A stretch of 64,000 bases of DNA from the NCBI GenBank assembly GCA_022450525.1, contig JAKUQA010000006.1:912-64911 (forward strand), given 5' to 3'. Below, piece by piece: positions 10,533 through 20,791 of the stretch. The stretch's first letter is position 1. Every line of letters begins with the position of its first letter. The notes below the pieces were generated by a model, which saw only the letters and a list, made by a program, of their open reading frames with translations, did no database searches and was not told where the DNA came from. The translations under genes were made by a program, and so were the position numbers. The DNA comes from Dehalococcoidia bacterium (GTDB lineage Bacteria; Chloroflexota; Dehalococcoidia; Lucifugimonadales; UBA6952).

Positions 10533-10550
10533 AACAATTCTCTCCTTTAT

Positions 10551-11654
10551 TTATTGTTTTATTATTTCACCATTATTTAGATGGATAATATTGTTTGCAT
10601 AAGTTGCATCTATTAAATCAGGTTCTGGTGTAGTAACTATTGATTGATTATACACATGCATTTTTTCAATAATTTTTTTTCTTCTAAATTCGTCGAGTTC
10701 TGAAAGTATATCATCAAGGAGTAGTATAGGTTGTACATTTATTGTTGATTGAATTATCTTTGCCTCAGATAACCTTAATGAAAGTACTATATTTTTTGCC
10801 TGACCTCTAGAGGAAAAACTATATGCTGATCTCTCATTAATGTGAATTAGAATATTATCCCTATGAGGTCCTATATCGGTTATTCCCATTAGGATTTGTT
10901 GCCTTAAAGTAGAATTTAAGGTTTCCTCAAAATTTTCAATACTAACTGAAGGAATATATTGGAAAGATAATTTTTCTGTAGGAGAAAATTCAGCGTGAAT
11001 TTCTTGTACCTCTCTATGAATAAGTTTGATAATATCTTCGCGTTTACTAATGATAAATTTGCCTAATTCAATTAATTCAGTGTTCCAATATACTAATTCG
11101 TCTTCTGATGATTGATGATCTCGTATTGCTTTTAATAAGGAATTTCTTTGAGTTAATATTTGTTGATATTTTTGTAATTTGATTAAATATTGTTGATCCA
11201 CCTGAGAAATTAATATATCTAAAAACTGCCTTCTTTTACCAGGGCTACCTAAAACTATATCCATATCATGCGCAGTAAAAAGTACAGTTGGGGTTTTGCC
11301 AACTAATTGCGAGGCAGATATATTGATTCCATTAAGTTTAATTTCTTTTGATTGGTTATTGTCCAAGGGAAGTGCTATGACTATATTATTTTTTTCATCA
11401 GCAAATTTAGTGATACCATGAATAGTTGTTTGGGAAACAAATTTATTTACTTGGTCAGGAGATCTGTGACGAATTAATTCAAAATCATTTCTTGCTCGAA
11501 ATGATTTTCCAATAGAAATTAAATAAAGAGATTCAAGTAAATTTGTTTTACCTTCCCCGTTATTTCCTGAAATTATTGAGAGCCCAGGAGTAAACTCTAG
11601 ATGAATATTAGAAAAATTTCTATATTGGGTTAATTCTATGTCTGATACGTACAA
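10551..11654 (-). CDS. recF: DNA replication and repair protein RecF
   Basis: 367 aa. Walker A GNNGEGKTNLLESLY, C-terminal LLLDDILSELD, SMC-like architecture. Confidence 0.9.
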   Translation of the reverse strand: MYVSDIELTQYRNFSNIHLEFTPGLSIISGNNGEGKTNLLESLYLISIGKSFRARNDFELIRHRSPDQVNKFVSQTTIHGITKFADEKNNIVIALPLDNNQSKEIKLNGINISASQLVGKTPTVLFTAHDMDIVLGSPGKRRQFLDILISQVDQQYLIKLQKYQQILTQRNSLLKAIRDHQSSEDELVYWNTELIELGKFIISKREDIIKLIHREVQEIHAEFSPTEKLSFQYIPSVSIENFEETLNSTLRQQILMGITDIGPHRDNILIHINERSAYSFSSRGQAKNIVLSLRLSEAKIIQSTINVQPILLLDDILSELDEFRRKKIIEKMHVYNQSIVTTPEPDLIDATYANNIIHLNNGEIIKQ

Positions 11655-11764
11655 TTTGATCTCTCAATAATTTATAATGTAATGAATATCGTAGTGTCTT
11701 TGACTATTAAATTCATTATAAAAATTTTCGATAAATAAAAGTATTAAATATTTGGGAGTAAGGT

Positions 11765-12115
11765 GTGGGTACACAAGAATTGAAAGCAAAAGTGGGAGAA
11801 TTATTTCAATCTGTTTATAATTTTCACGATAGATTTGATTTATTAGATACCTATAGTCGCGAAAGACTTCTTGATAGAATTCCTATCCAAAGTGAAGAAG
11901 TTGATGAGCTTAAAGTAGCTTTAGAATCTGAATCTATGCATAATGTTGCAAATGAAGCAGTTGACGTATTATATGTAGCTTTAGGAACGATAATTTCTAT
12001 TGATAATGAATTAGCAGTCAGTGCTTTAAATGAAGTGATAGAAAAAAATAATAATAAAACTGATAAAACGCATTATCTTAACCCTGAAGGAAAAGTAGTA
12101 AAGTTACCTAACTAA
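11765..12115 (+). CDS. MazG-like all-alpha nucleotide pyrophosphohydrolase (putative)
   Basis: 116 aa. EEVDELKVALE ... NEAVDVLYVALG acidic helices resemble MazG-type NTP-PPase cores. Confidence 0.4.
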   Translation: MGTQELKAKVGELFQSVYNFHDRFDLLDTYSRERLLDRIPIQSEEVDELKVALESESMHNVANEAVDVLYVALGTIISIDNELAVSALNEVIEKNNNKTDKTHYLNPEGKVVKLPN

Positions 12116-14334
12116 GACTGAATAAGAACTTCTCTTGATTTTCCTGGTTCTTCTGGTCCGATTACTCCAGCATCTTCTAATTGATCAATTAATCTTGCAG
12201 CTCGTGGATATCCAATACGTAACTTCCGTTGAAGGAGTGAAGTTGATATATGCGAGTATCTTCCAGCTAATTCTGAAGCTTTACTAAATAGTTCATCTTG
12301 AGGAAAGTCTCCTGAATTAAGGTCGGGATTAGTTATATCATTTACAGGTAATTCTAATGATATTTCAGGAAGTGGTGGGCCTTCTTGAGTAGACCAATAG
12401 TTCACAAGTTTATTAATCTCGTCATCACTTAAATATGCACCTTGAACTCGTTGAGCTTTAGGAAAATCTGAAGAGAGAAATAACATATCGCCTTTTCCTA
12501 ATAATCTTTCCGCACCACTAGAATCTAAAATGGTTCTTGAGTCTACTTGGGATACAACAGCAAAACTAATCCTGCTAGGGAAATTAGCTTTAATTAGGCC
12601 AGTTACTACATCTACTGATGGTCTTTGGGTTGCTACCAGTAAATGTATTCCAGTTGCACGTCCTAATTGAGCTAGTCGTGTTAGGGTTTGTTCAACCTCA
12701 TAAGGTGCAGTCATCATCAGGTCTGCTAATTCATCTATTGCTATAACTAAGTAAGGCATAGGTTCAATTGCTTTGGGATGATTTATATAACTATCAATAT
12801 TTCTTACGCCAATTTCTTCAAGAATTTTATACCTTCTTATCATTTCTTCAAGAAGTCCTTTTAGTGATTTAACTGCGTCTTCTGGCTCAACAACTACTGG
12901 AGAAATTAAATGAGGAATTCCGTTAAATGGTGTTAGTTCTACACGTTTTGGGTCAATGAGTAAAAGTCGTAGTCTATCTGGAGTCATTTTGGATATCATT
13001 GAAACTAATAAAGTATTAATGCAGACACTTTTACCACTACCAGTAGAACCCGCAATTAATAGGTGAGGTAACTTTCTTAAATCAGTAATTGTCGCCTCCC
13101 CACTAGATCCTTGACCTAAAGCTAGAGGGATACCCATTTCCTGTTTAATATAGTTTACTTTTTCATGTTCTAATGTTTTTCTTAGACTTACCATGAGAGC
13201 TTTTTTATTTGGAACTTCTATACCTACTATAGATTCTCCAGGAACTGGTGCTTCTATTCTTAAACTAGGTGCAGCAAGAGCTAATGCTAAGTCTTTTTCT
13301 CTTGCGACAATACTATCTACTTTTACACGTGTGCCTTTGTCACTTTCTTCATCCAAATTATCGTCTTCGCTATCATTTTTTTTAGGTCTTCTGGTTTTTC
13401 TTGTCCAACCAGGTGTGAGCCCATACATAGTAACTGTTGGTCCAGGCTTTATTTGATTAACTCTAACTTCAATACCATGATTTATTAGGGTTTCTTCAAT
13501 TTTTTCGGCTACTAATTTTGATTCGTCAGACGAAATCGAAGCCTCAGGTCCATATTCAAGTAATGACATTTCTGGTATGGCCCATGGTTTTCCAAAAGTG
13601 AATGCTCTAGTTGGTTTTTTAGGCGTATCAATTTTTTCTTCAATTTTTTTTGTTTTTTCTTCAAACGGCGGGTTATTTTTAATTGGTTGGTAATTATCCT
13701 GAAGGGATTTTTTTCTAGGTTCTTCTATTTTTTGTTGTATATTATCTTTAGTTTCTTGATAGGGTTTTTTTTCAATTATTCTTGGCTTTTTGGATTTTGA
13801 TTTAAATATTTTCCTTAAAAAATATAAAAAAGAAAGAAAATATAATTTAGATAATTTTAATTTAGCCAAAGAAAATTTTGGCCATGAAATGTAAAATGCA
13901 ATTAAAAGTAAGAGTAGTAATAATAGTGGGCCTGGAATATAAAAATCCTCCCATAGGTACTTTCCAAATCTTCCTCCTGTAGTTTCTTTAAAGACAATTC
14001 CTTGTGGCCCTTTAAATGCTCCCATTACTAATTGAATAGAAATAACCGTTAATAGTGTGGAAACTAATTGTGGCCAAAATATTAATGAATCTTTTCTGAA
14101 ATGGTTTACTGTTGCTGTTACACCAATCAAAAATATCGAAAGAGTTACAAATCCATATCCTACATATGTAAGAACTATGTCACTGATATTTGGTATAAAA
14201 GTTTCAATTATATATTCTCTTTGGAGGTAAATAATTATTACTGAAGCAACGAAAAGAACTGCAGCTTGTGCAGATGGGTTGTCTGAAAGTTCACGTGTGA
14301 GCTTCTTTATATTTGTTAGAATGCTGGTGAACAT
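12112..14334 (-). CDS. ftsK: DNA translocase FtsK/SpoIIIE
   Basis: 740 aa. N-terminal TM segments and a K/E/P-rich linker. Motor domain with Walker A GSTGSGKS and Walker B IAIDELADLM. C-terminal winged-helix gamma domain LLQRKLRIGYPRAARLIDQLE. Confidence 0.92.
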   Translation of the reverse strand: MFTSILTNIKKLTRELSDNPSAQAAVLFVASVIIIYLQREYIIETFIPNISDIVLTYVGYGFVTLSIFLIGVTATVNHFRKDSLIFWPQLVSTLLTVISIQLVMGAFKGPQGIVFKETTGGRFGKYLWEDFYIPGPLLLLLLLLIAFYISWPKFSLAKLKLSKLYFLSFLYFLRKIFKSKSKKPRIIEKKPYQETKDNIQQKIEEPRKKSLQDNYQPIKNNPPFEEKTKKIEEKIDTPKKPTRAFTFGKPWAIPEMSLLEYGPEASISSDESKLVAEKIEETLINHGIEVRVNQIKPGPTVTMYGLTPGWTRKTRRPKKNDSEDDNLDEESDKGTRVKVDSIVAREKDLALALAAPSLRIEAPVPGESIVGIEVPNKKALMVSLRKTLEHEKVNYIKQEMGIPLALGQGSSGEATITDLRKLPHLLIAGSTGSGKSVCINTLLVSMISKMTPDRLRLLLIDPKRVELTPFNGIPHLISPVVVEPEDAVKSLKGLLEEMIRRYKILEEIGVRNIDSYINHPKAIEPMPYLVIAIDELADLMMTAPYEVEQTLTRLAQLGRATGIHLLVATQRPSVDVVTGLIKANFPSRISFAVVSQVDSRTILDSSGAERLLGKGDMLFLSSDFPKAQRVQGAYLSDDEINKLVNYWSTQEGPPLPEISLELPVNDITNPDLNSGDFPQDELFSKASELAGRYSHISTSLLQRKLRIGYPRAARLIDQLEDAGVIGPEEPGKSREVLIQS

Positions 14335-14408
14335 ATATCATTCTCATTTTTTATATAATTTTAGATAATTTTAGACAATAAAATGAAATATGTCTAATTG
14401 GTGTAAGT

Positions 14409-15008
14409 TTAAAATAATTGTAACTGATCGTTAACAGATTCAGGTTTATCTGTTTTTGTTTCTAAAGATTTTATTAGACTTGGAATACGTTTGAACTCTT
14501 CGGAAAGGATTTCATGGAATCTTGTTTGCCGTAAAGCCGCAGCAGGATGATAAGTTGGGTAAATCGTATACCCATTTTGATTGATAATGGTTCCATGTGC
14601 TTTGCCAATAGGGATCTTGGGAACAAAGTATGACAAAGAATGCCTACCTAAAGTTATGACGAGAGTAGGATTAATGAGCTCAATTTGTTTACTAAGGTAT
14701 GGTGAGCATTTATTTATTTCATTTGGAGAAGGATCTCTATTGTTAGGCGGACGACATTTAACAATATTTGTAATAAACACATCTTCTCTAGATAAATTAA
14801 TAGAATTAAGTAATTTTGTAAGTAATTTTCCTGCTGCACCTACAAACGGTTTGCCACTATTATCTTCGTAATAACCTGGAGCTTCTCCAATAAGCATGAT
14901 CTTAGATTGGAAAAACCCTTCTCCTGGTACAGCATTTATCCTTGTTAATGATAGTTCACAATTTGTACAATTTTTTACCAGTTCTGAAATATCCGTCAGA
15001 TTTTTCAT
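14409..15008 (-). CDS. Uracil-DNA glycosylase, family 4
   Basis: 199 aa. GEAPGYYED..GKPFVGAAGKLL motif plus Cys residues (CTNC.., KCRPP) typical of Fe-S family 4 UDGs. Confidence 0.85.
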   Translation of the reverse strand: MKNLTDISELVKNCTNCELSLTRINAVPGEGFFQSKIMLIGEAPGYYEDNSGKPFVGAAGKLLTKLLNSINLSREDVFITNIVKCRPPNNRDPSPNEINKCSPYLSKQIELINPTLVITLGRHSLSYFVPKIPIGKAHGTIINQNGYTIYPTYHPAAALRQTRFHEILSEEFKRIPSLIKSLETKTDKPESVNDQLQLF

Positions 15009-15029
15009 AAGACTAAGACTTGAGTTTAT

Positions 15030-15302
15030 CTAATCTTGAATCCCTTTGGATTGAATGTAATCAACCGCGCTTTGGACAGTTACAATTTTTTCAGCATCTT
15101 CATCAGGAATTTCTAATGGGTCTCCATCTTTTGAAAATTCTTCTTCAAGTGCCATTATTAATTCTACCAAGTCGAGAGAATCTGCATTTAAGTCATCTAT
15201 AAAGGAAGCTGTAGGGACAACCGATGCCTCATCGACTCCTAAACGTTCCGCTGTAAGTTGTTGTACTCTTTCTAAAATTGTCGCCACAATGTTCCTCCTC
15301 AA
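15030..15302 (-). CDS. acpP: Acyl carrier protein
   Basis: 90 aa. [16 protein letters not shown] phosphopantetheine-attachment motif. Confidence 0.92.
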   Translation of the reverse strand: MRRNIVATILERVQQLTAERLGVDEASVVPTASFIDDLNADSLDLVELIMALEEEFSKDGDPLEIPDEDAEKIVTVQSAVDYIQSKGIQD

Positions 15303-15308
15303 GTTATA

Positions 15309-15728
15309 TTATGTTTTATTTAGTGTTTTTCTGGCGTAGGAGCCTAGGACCCCATTAATAAATTTTCCTGATTGGTCACTTCCATAATTCTTCGCTAATT
15401 CTACAGCGTCATTAATAACAATACTAGTAGTGTTTGTGTCAGAATTTTGGAGTTCATAAATTGATAAGCGTAAAATGTTTCGATCAATAAGCGATATTTG
15501 TTCTATTGGCCAACTAATTGCATATTCCGATATAGTTTGGTCAATAGAGGAAATATTAGCAATAATTCCTTTTGAGGTAGAAGATATGTAGGTTCTTCTG
15601 GAAACATTGAGTTTTATACGCTTAAAGGTATTATTTATAATAGTTTCTAATGGATGTGAAGTGCTATCAATTTCGTAAAGTATTTTTATTATTAATTCGC
15701 GATCTTTTCGTAACCTTAGAGGATCCAT
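15309..15728 (-). CDS. nusB: Transcription antitermination factor NusB
   Basis: 139 aa. [12 protein letters not shown] start, [33 protein letters not shown]-terminal motif. Confidence 0.8.
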   Translation of the reverse strand: MDPLRLRKDRELIIKILYEIDSTSHPLETIINNTFKRIKLNVSRRTYISSTSKGIIANISSIDQTISEYAISWPIEQISLIDRNILRLSIYELQNSDTNTTSIVINDAVELAKNYGSDQSGKFINGVLGSYARKTLNKT

Positions 15729-15735
15729 AATTTCC

Positions 15736-16665
15736 TTAATTTTCAGGTTGCAAATTAATCAAAGATTCGTAGTCGGAAACCGAATGAGTTATCGAATTTT
15801 CCGATATTCTTTTCACCATACCAGATAAAACCTTACCGGGTCCAAATTCATAGAAAGTAGTAATGCCTTCATTTGCCATATGTTCAATACCTCTCTGCCA
15901 ATAAACGCATCCACATAATTGTTCTGACAATTCTTCGCGTATTTCGGATACATTACTCATTGGTTTACTAGAACAGTTAGCAATTAAAGGAATTGAAGAA
16001 TTGTTAAAAGTAACATTTTTGATTGCTTCATTCATTTCAGATAAAGCTGAGCTCATAAGGTATGAATGAAACGCTCCACTAACTTTCAAAGGAATTGCTC
16101 TTTTTGCCCCACGATCAGATGCAATTTTGACTGCGTTATCAATATCAGATTTGAGTCCACTAATTACTATTTGACCAGGGCTATTTATATTAGCAGCTTG
16201 AGTATTTGATTCTTTACAGATTTCTTGAACGGCATCTTCTTCTAATCCAATTATAGCTGCCATGCCACTATCAACTCTATCACAGGCTTCTTGCATTAAT
16301 CTTCCACGTTCTCTAACTAATTTCACTCCATCTTCTAAGCTGATTGCCTGACTTGCAACTAGTGCGCTATATTCTCCCAAACTATGGCCTGCACAAAATC
16401 TCGCAATTTCAGAAACTTCTAGAGAATGCATGGATTTATATGCCTCAAAACAGGCGATACTCATAGTTAGGATAGCAGGTTGGGTATTTATGGTACGTTC
16501 GAGTTCTTCTGAAGGTCCTTCAAAAATTATCTTAGATAAAGAGAAACCTAAGGCTTCATCTGCGCGCAGAAAAATATCCTTAGCAGATTCAGAGTTTTCA
16601 AAAAGACTTTTGCCCATACCTACTTCTTGCGCACCTTGTCCTGGAAAAATTATTGCATTATCCAT
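15736..16665 (-). CDS. fabD: Malonyl-CoA:ACP transacylase
   Basis: 309 aa. FPGQGAQ start and GHSLGEYSA active-site motif. Confidence 0.92.
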   Translation of the reverse strand: MDNAIIFPGQGAQEVGMGKSLFENSESAKDIFLRADEALGFSLSKIIFEGPSEELERTINTQPAILTMSIACFEAYKSMHSLEVSEIARFCAGHSLGEYSALVASQAISLEDGVKLVRERGRLMQEACDRVDSGMAAIIGLEEDAVQEICKESNTQAANINSPGQIVISGLKSDIDNAVKIASDRGAKRAIPLKVSGAFHSYLMSSALSEMNEAIKNVTFNNSSIPLIANCSSKPMSNVSEIREELSEQLCGCVYWQRGIEHMANEGITTFYEFGPGKVLSGMVKRISENSITHSVSDYESLINLQPEN

Positions 16666-16701
16666 ATATCACCAACTGTATACCATCAAAGTATATTTTA
16701 G

Positions 16702-16896
16702 TTAAACTATTTCTTGAACTTTGGTTTCTTTAATCAATTCACCCTTATAGTATCCGCATATTGAACAAACTTGATGGCTTGGAATTTTTTGACCACATTG
16801 AGTGCACAAAGTTAAGGTTGGTGCTTTTAAACTTACATGGCTTTTTCTAGCTCCTCTTCTTGATTGAGTTCGCTTTTTTTTAGGTAAAGCCCCCAT
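16702..16896 (-). CDS. rpmF: 50S ribosomal protein L32
   Basis: 64 aa. Basic N-terminus PKKKRTQSRRGARKSH and CxxC..CxxC zinc ribbon. Follows the DUF177 gene as in most bacteria. Confidence 0.92.
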   Translation of the reverse strand: MGALPKKKRTQSRRGARKSHVSLKAPTLTLCTQCGQKIPSHQVCSICGYYKGELIKETKVQEIV

Positions 16897-16929
16897 GATA
16901 TTATCTCCTTATATATCTTCGATATTGAT

Positions 16930-17379
16930 TTATTTAGTATTTGTAATTCTATTATTTTTATTCTTTATACCCTGACAATTTAAATTGCACAATAACTTTA
17001 TTGGCATATTAACTAATATGTTCTGCCTGAATGATTCTGTTAATTCAATCATATTATCTTTTATATAAAAAAACTCAGGACCATCTATTCTATCATATAA
17101 TTCAGGGTTTTTGCCTAAATAATCAAAATGATAGAAAATATCATCAGATTCTAGATGTATTTCTTGATTATATTTTTCCAAACAACGATCACAGTTAGAA
17201 GCTATAGATAATTGTATTTTGGTATTAACCCAGACACCCATATTAATTTTTGTAAGCCAAATTACTCCACTACTGGATATGATATTGAATTCATCTACAA
17301 TTATTTCATCATAATAAATATTATGAAGTTTTTTTGTTCCTGTAGCTGATTTTAATAAATCTCCTAATTGTAAAAGCAA
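16930..17379 (-). CDS. yceD: DUF177 / YceD-family protein
   Basis: 149 aa. Conserved position directly upstream of rpmF, with Cys pairs (CDRC.., CNLNCQG) typical of YceD. The start codon may differ from the track. Confidence 0.7.
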   Translation of the reverse strand: MLLQLGDLLKSATGTKKLHNIYYDEIIVDEFNIISSSGVIWLTKINMGVWVNTKIQLSIASNCDRCLEKYNQEIHLESDDIFYHFDYLGKNPELYDRIDGPEFFYIKDNMIELTESFRQNILVNMPIKLLCNLNCQGIKNKNNRITNTK

Positions 17380-17404
17380 GAATAAATACCTTCCTTAATA
17401 AAAA

Positions 17405-17803
17405 TTATTCCCCATGTGCATTTCGTATAGATAATTCAATTTCTTCTAGTGAGGTGCCTGGTCCAAAAACCCCTTTTACTCCTAATGAGTTTAGGGCTTC
17501 TTTATCTGATTCAGGTATAATACCACCGACGAGTATTTTTACATGATCCATTTCTTTTTTATACAGACAGTCAAAAAGTTCGGCTACAAGTTCTAAATGC
17601 GCTCCTGATAATATACTTATTCCAATGATATTTGCGTCCATTTTTGCAGCTAATTCTGTTATTTGTTCAGGTGTTTTTCTAATTCCAGAAAATTTCGTTT
17701 TGATGTTTTGCTCTGACAAATATCGAGTAATAACCTTAGCTCCGCGGTCATGTCCGTCAAGTCCCGGTTTGGCAATTAGTACTCTTATTTCATTATTATC
17801 CAT
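17405..17803 (-). CDS. B12-dependent acyl-CoA mutase, small cobalamin-binding subunit
   Basis: 132 aa. GLDGHDRGAKV (DxHxxG cobalamin His-ligand motif), SILSG and GGIIP motifs. Confidence 0.88.
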   Translation of the reverse strand: MDNNEIRVLIAKPGLDGHDRGAKVITRYLSEQNIKTKFSGIRKTPEQITELAAKMDANIIGISILSGAHLELVAELFDCLYKKEMDHVKILVGGIIPESDKEALNSLGVKGVFGPGTSLEEIELSIRNAHGE

Positions 17804-17804
17804 A

Positions 17805-18962
17805 TTAGTTATTATTTGCTTGATTAATGATTGAGCGAGATATAATCATTCGATGAATTTCGCTTGTACCTTCATAAATTTCTGTGATTTTGGCATCTCT
17901 AAAGTATCTTTCTACATGGCTAGATTTAAAGTATCCATATCCGCCTAGTATTTGTACAGCTTTGGTTGCAGCTCTATTAGCACTTTCAGATGCAAACAAT
18001 TTAGCCATAGATGCTTCTTTGTTATGAGGTTCTTTCATATCTTTTAAGATACTTGCTCTACGAGTTAATAATCTCGCTGCGTCTATTTCAGTAGCCATAT
18101 CAGCTAACATCCATTGGATAGCTTGATATGAAGCTATTGGGTTATTAAAAGTTTTTCTTGAAACTGCATAATTTGTAGCTGCTTCAAGACATGCTTGGCC
18201 TATGCCTACGGATTGCGCGGCAATTGCAATTCTACTTGATTCTAATATTTGCATTGCTGAATAAAAACCAGTATTTTCTTCACCTAATCGATTTTCTTCC
18301 GGAACAGGACAATCTTCAAATATTAATTCAGCAGTACTAGAAGCTTTCATTCCCAGTTTTCCATCTTGTTTGATTGTTTGAAATCCAGGGGTATTTCTAT
18401 CAACTACTAAACAATTTACACCTTTGCTTTTTAATTCACGATTTTGGGTTGCATAAATTACAAAAGTATCAGCTACATCACCATTAGTGATAAAATGTTT
18501 AGTTCCGTTTAATCTATATAGACCATCTCCTGAAGTTGATGTAGTAGACATTGACGCAACATCGGAACCAGATTCAGGTTCAGTAAGACCCCAAGCACCA
18601 ACGGATGTTCCATCAATAAGTGGTGGTAAAAATCTTGACTTTTGTTCTTCATTGCCGAATCTGGCAATGCTTTGTAATACTAATCCTATATGAGATCCAT
18701 ATATAGCAGAGGTGGCACCACAGGCTTTAGCAATTTCTTCCGTTACTATAGAAAACTCTTTAAATCCTCCCCCTGAACCTCCGTATTTCTCATCGATAGT
18801 AATTCCTAGTAAGCCCATACTGGCAAGACGATGAAAGTTTTCCATGGGGAATTCCTCACGTTCATCTAATATGGGAGCCATAGGAGCTAAATAATCTTGT
18901 GCGAAGTCTTGAACTGTTTTAGCGAGCATTAATTCAGTTTCATTGTATAGCAAGTTGTCCAT
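17805..18962 (-). CDS. Acyl-CoA dehydrogenase (short/branched-chain type)
   Basis: 385 aa. GLTEPESGSD and C-terminal YEGTSEI (catalytic Glu region) motifs. Confidence 0.88.
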   Translation of the reverse strand: MDNLLYNETELMLAKTVQDFAQDYLAPMAPILDEREEFPMENFHRLASMGLLGITIDEKYGGSGGGFKEFSIVTEEIAKACGATSAIYGSHIGLVLQSIARFGNEEQKSRFLPPLIDGTSVGAWGLTEPESGSDVASMSTTSTSGDGLYRLNGTKHFITNGDVADTFVIYATQNRELKSKGVNCLVVDRNTPGFQTIKQDGKLGMKASSTAELIFEDCPVPEENRLGEENTGFYSAMQILESSRIAIAAQSVGIGQACLEAATNYAVSRKTFNNPIASYQAIQWMLADMATEIDAARLLTRRASILKDMKEPHNKEASMAKLFASESANRAATKAVQILGGYGYFKSSHVERYFRDAKITEIYEGTSEIHRMIISRSIINQANNN

Positions 18963-18981
18963 TATATTTCCTTTAATTCAA

Positions 18982-20613
18982 TTAATAAGTTGGGGAATAT
19001 TCTCCATATACTTTTCTAAATATATCACTAATTTCACCTATTGTAGAATAGGATTCAACAGCTTCAATAATAGCTGGCATTGTGTTGTCTTTAGTATTGG
19101 CAATTTTTTCTAGTTTTCTCAGACTTTCATCAACTTTTTTCATGTCGCGATTTTTTTTGACAGAACCAAGCTTTTTGATTTGTTGTTGAATTTCTCTTCT
19201 TGAAACTTTTTGAAAAGTAATATTTTCAGTACTTTCTTCTTGAAATGTATTGACTCCAACCATATATCTTTCCTGATTTTCGAGCTCTTGTTGAAATACA
19301 TAAGCTGAGTCTTCTATTTCATTTTCTTGAAATTGTGTTTCTAAAGCTTTTAGAGCACCACCAATAGATTCTATTTTATTAATATAATCAAATGCTTCAT
19401 TTTCAATGTCGTCGGTCAATTTCTCAAGATAATATGAGCCTCCTAAAGGATCAACTGTATCTGCAACTCCGCTTTCTAAAGCAATTATTTGTTGGGTTCT
19501 AAGCGAGATAACAGCGGAATTTTCTGAAGGTAGTCCTAAGGCTTCATCTTTTGAGTTAACATGAAGTGATTGTGCTCCACCTAAAACAGCCGCCATAGCT
19601 TGTATAGTACTCCGTATAATATTGTTATCTGGTTGTTGAGCAGTAAGAGTAACTCCAGCAGTCTGTACATGAAATCGCAACATAGACGATTTAGGGTTTT
19701 TTGCTTTGAACATTTCTTTAGTTATCTTTGCCCAAATTCTTCTTGCTGCGCGATATTTAGCTACTTCTTCGATTAAATTATTTTGAGCGACAAAGAAAAA
19801 AGAAATTTGGGGACAAAACTCATCAATCGATAAACCAGCCTTAAGTGCTGAATTTAAATATTCAATAGCATTTGAAAAAGTAAAAGCTAATTCTTGTGTA
19901 GCTGTACTTCCTGCTTCACGAATATGGTACCCGCTAATACTTATAGGGTTCCATTTTGGTAATGTTTTTGAACAATATTCAAAAACATCTGTAATCAGCT
20001 TCATTGATTCCTTAGGTGGATATATATAGGTCCCTCTAGCTATATATTCTTTTAGAATATCGTTCTGTAGTGTCCCTCGTAACTGTTCAAGAGGAACATT
20101 TTGTTTTTTTGCAAGAGCAACATACATTGCAAGTAAAATAGGAGCTGTAGCATTTATAGTCATCGATGTGCTGATTTTATCTAAAGGAATATCTTTGAAT
20201 AAAGTTTCCATATCAGCAAGAGTGTCGATAGGAACACCAACTTTACCTACTTCGCTTTGGGCGATTTCATTATTTGAGTCATAGCCAATTTGTGTTGGAA
20301 GGTCAAAAGCTACTGATAGACCATTTTGACCTTGTTCAAGAAGATGTTTAAATCGCTCATTAGATTTTTCAGGGTTAGAAAAACCTGAGTATTGACGCAT
20401 AGTCCACAACCTACTTCGGTACATACTGGGATAAATACCTCTTGTATAGGGGTATTCTCCAGGAAATTCTTCCTTGGGATCACCTTGGTTGTTATATGTA
20501 GATTCTATTTTTTGGTTAGAAAGAGTAGTAAATATTGATTTTCGTTCACCATTTATAGTAATAAAAGGTTTTAATACTTTTTCTCTCCATTTTTTAAATT
20601 TGTTTGTTTCCAA
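18982..20613 (-). CDS. B12-dependent acyl-CoA mutase, large catalytic subunit (methylmalonyl-CoA-mutase-like)
   Basis: 543 aa. [42 protein letters not shown] and [12 protein letters not shown] motifs align with my recollection of MutB. Tyr in RQY and Arg in ARGT match MCM-type rather than isobutyryl-CoA-mutase-type residues. Confidence 0.85.
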   Translation of the reverse strand: METNKFKKWREKVLKPFITINGERKSIFTTLSNQKIESTYNNQGDPKEEFPGEYPYTRGIYPSMYRSRLWTMRQYSGFSNPEKSNERFKHLLEQGQNGLSVAFDLPTQIGYDSNNEIAQSEVGKVGVPIDTLADMETLFKDIPLDKISTSMTINATAPILLAMYVALAKKQNVPLEQLRGTLQNDILKEYIARGTYIYPPKESMKLITDVFEYCSKTLPKWNPISISGYHIREAGSTATQELAFTFSNAIEYLNSALKAGLSIDEFCPQISFFFVAQNNLIEEVAKYRAARRIWAKITKEMFKAKNPKSSMLRFHVQTAGVTLTAQQPDNNIIRSTIQAMAAVLGGAQSLHVNSKDEALGLPSENSAVISLRTQQIIALESGVADTVDPLGGSYYLEKLTDDIENEAFDYINKIESIGGALKALETQFQENEIEDSAYVFQQELENQERYMVGVNTFQEESTENITFQKVSRREIQQQIKKLGSVKKNRDMKKVDESLRKLEKIANTKDNTMPAIIEAVESYSTIGEISDIFRKVYGEYSPTY

Positions 20614-20791
20614 TTCAACACCATTAATTTTTTTTATGCATTATACTGTAAAATCTGAATAATGAAAAAATGGCGAAATCTTTCGGTTTAGTAACTAATG
20701 CTGTTATTATGCATCAGAGAAAATTGTATAAAATGAAACAAATTCTTCAAGATAAAGAATAAGAAGAATAATAGTTGTATAGGATACTAGT

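Noticed and set aside
10551-11654. recF standing alone, away from dnaA-dnaN-gyrB, as a possible origin marker.
   Set aside because: No DnaA-box clusters or dnaA/dnaN are nearby. An isolated recF is common in many phyla.
13300-13850. Repetitive-looking A/T-rich, Lys/Glu/Pro-coding stretch that could be mistaken for a tandem repeat.
   Set aside because: It is the low-complexity linker of FtsK between the membrane and motor domains. It is in frame and uninterrupted.
20614-20791. Looked for a cobalamin riboswitch or other structured RNA upstream of the B12-dependent mutase operon.
   Set aside because: The region is uniformly AT-rich, with no GC-rich helices or B12-box-like sequence that I could see.
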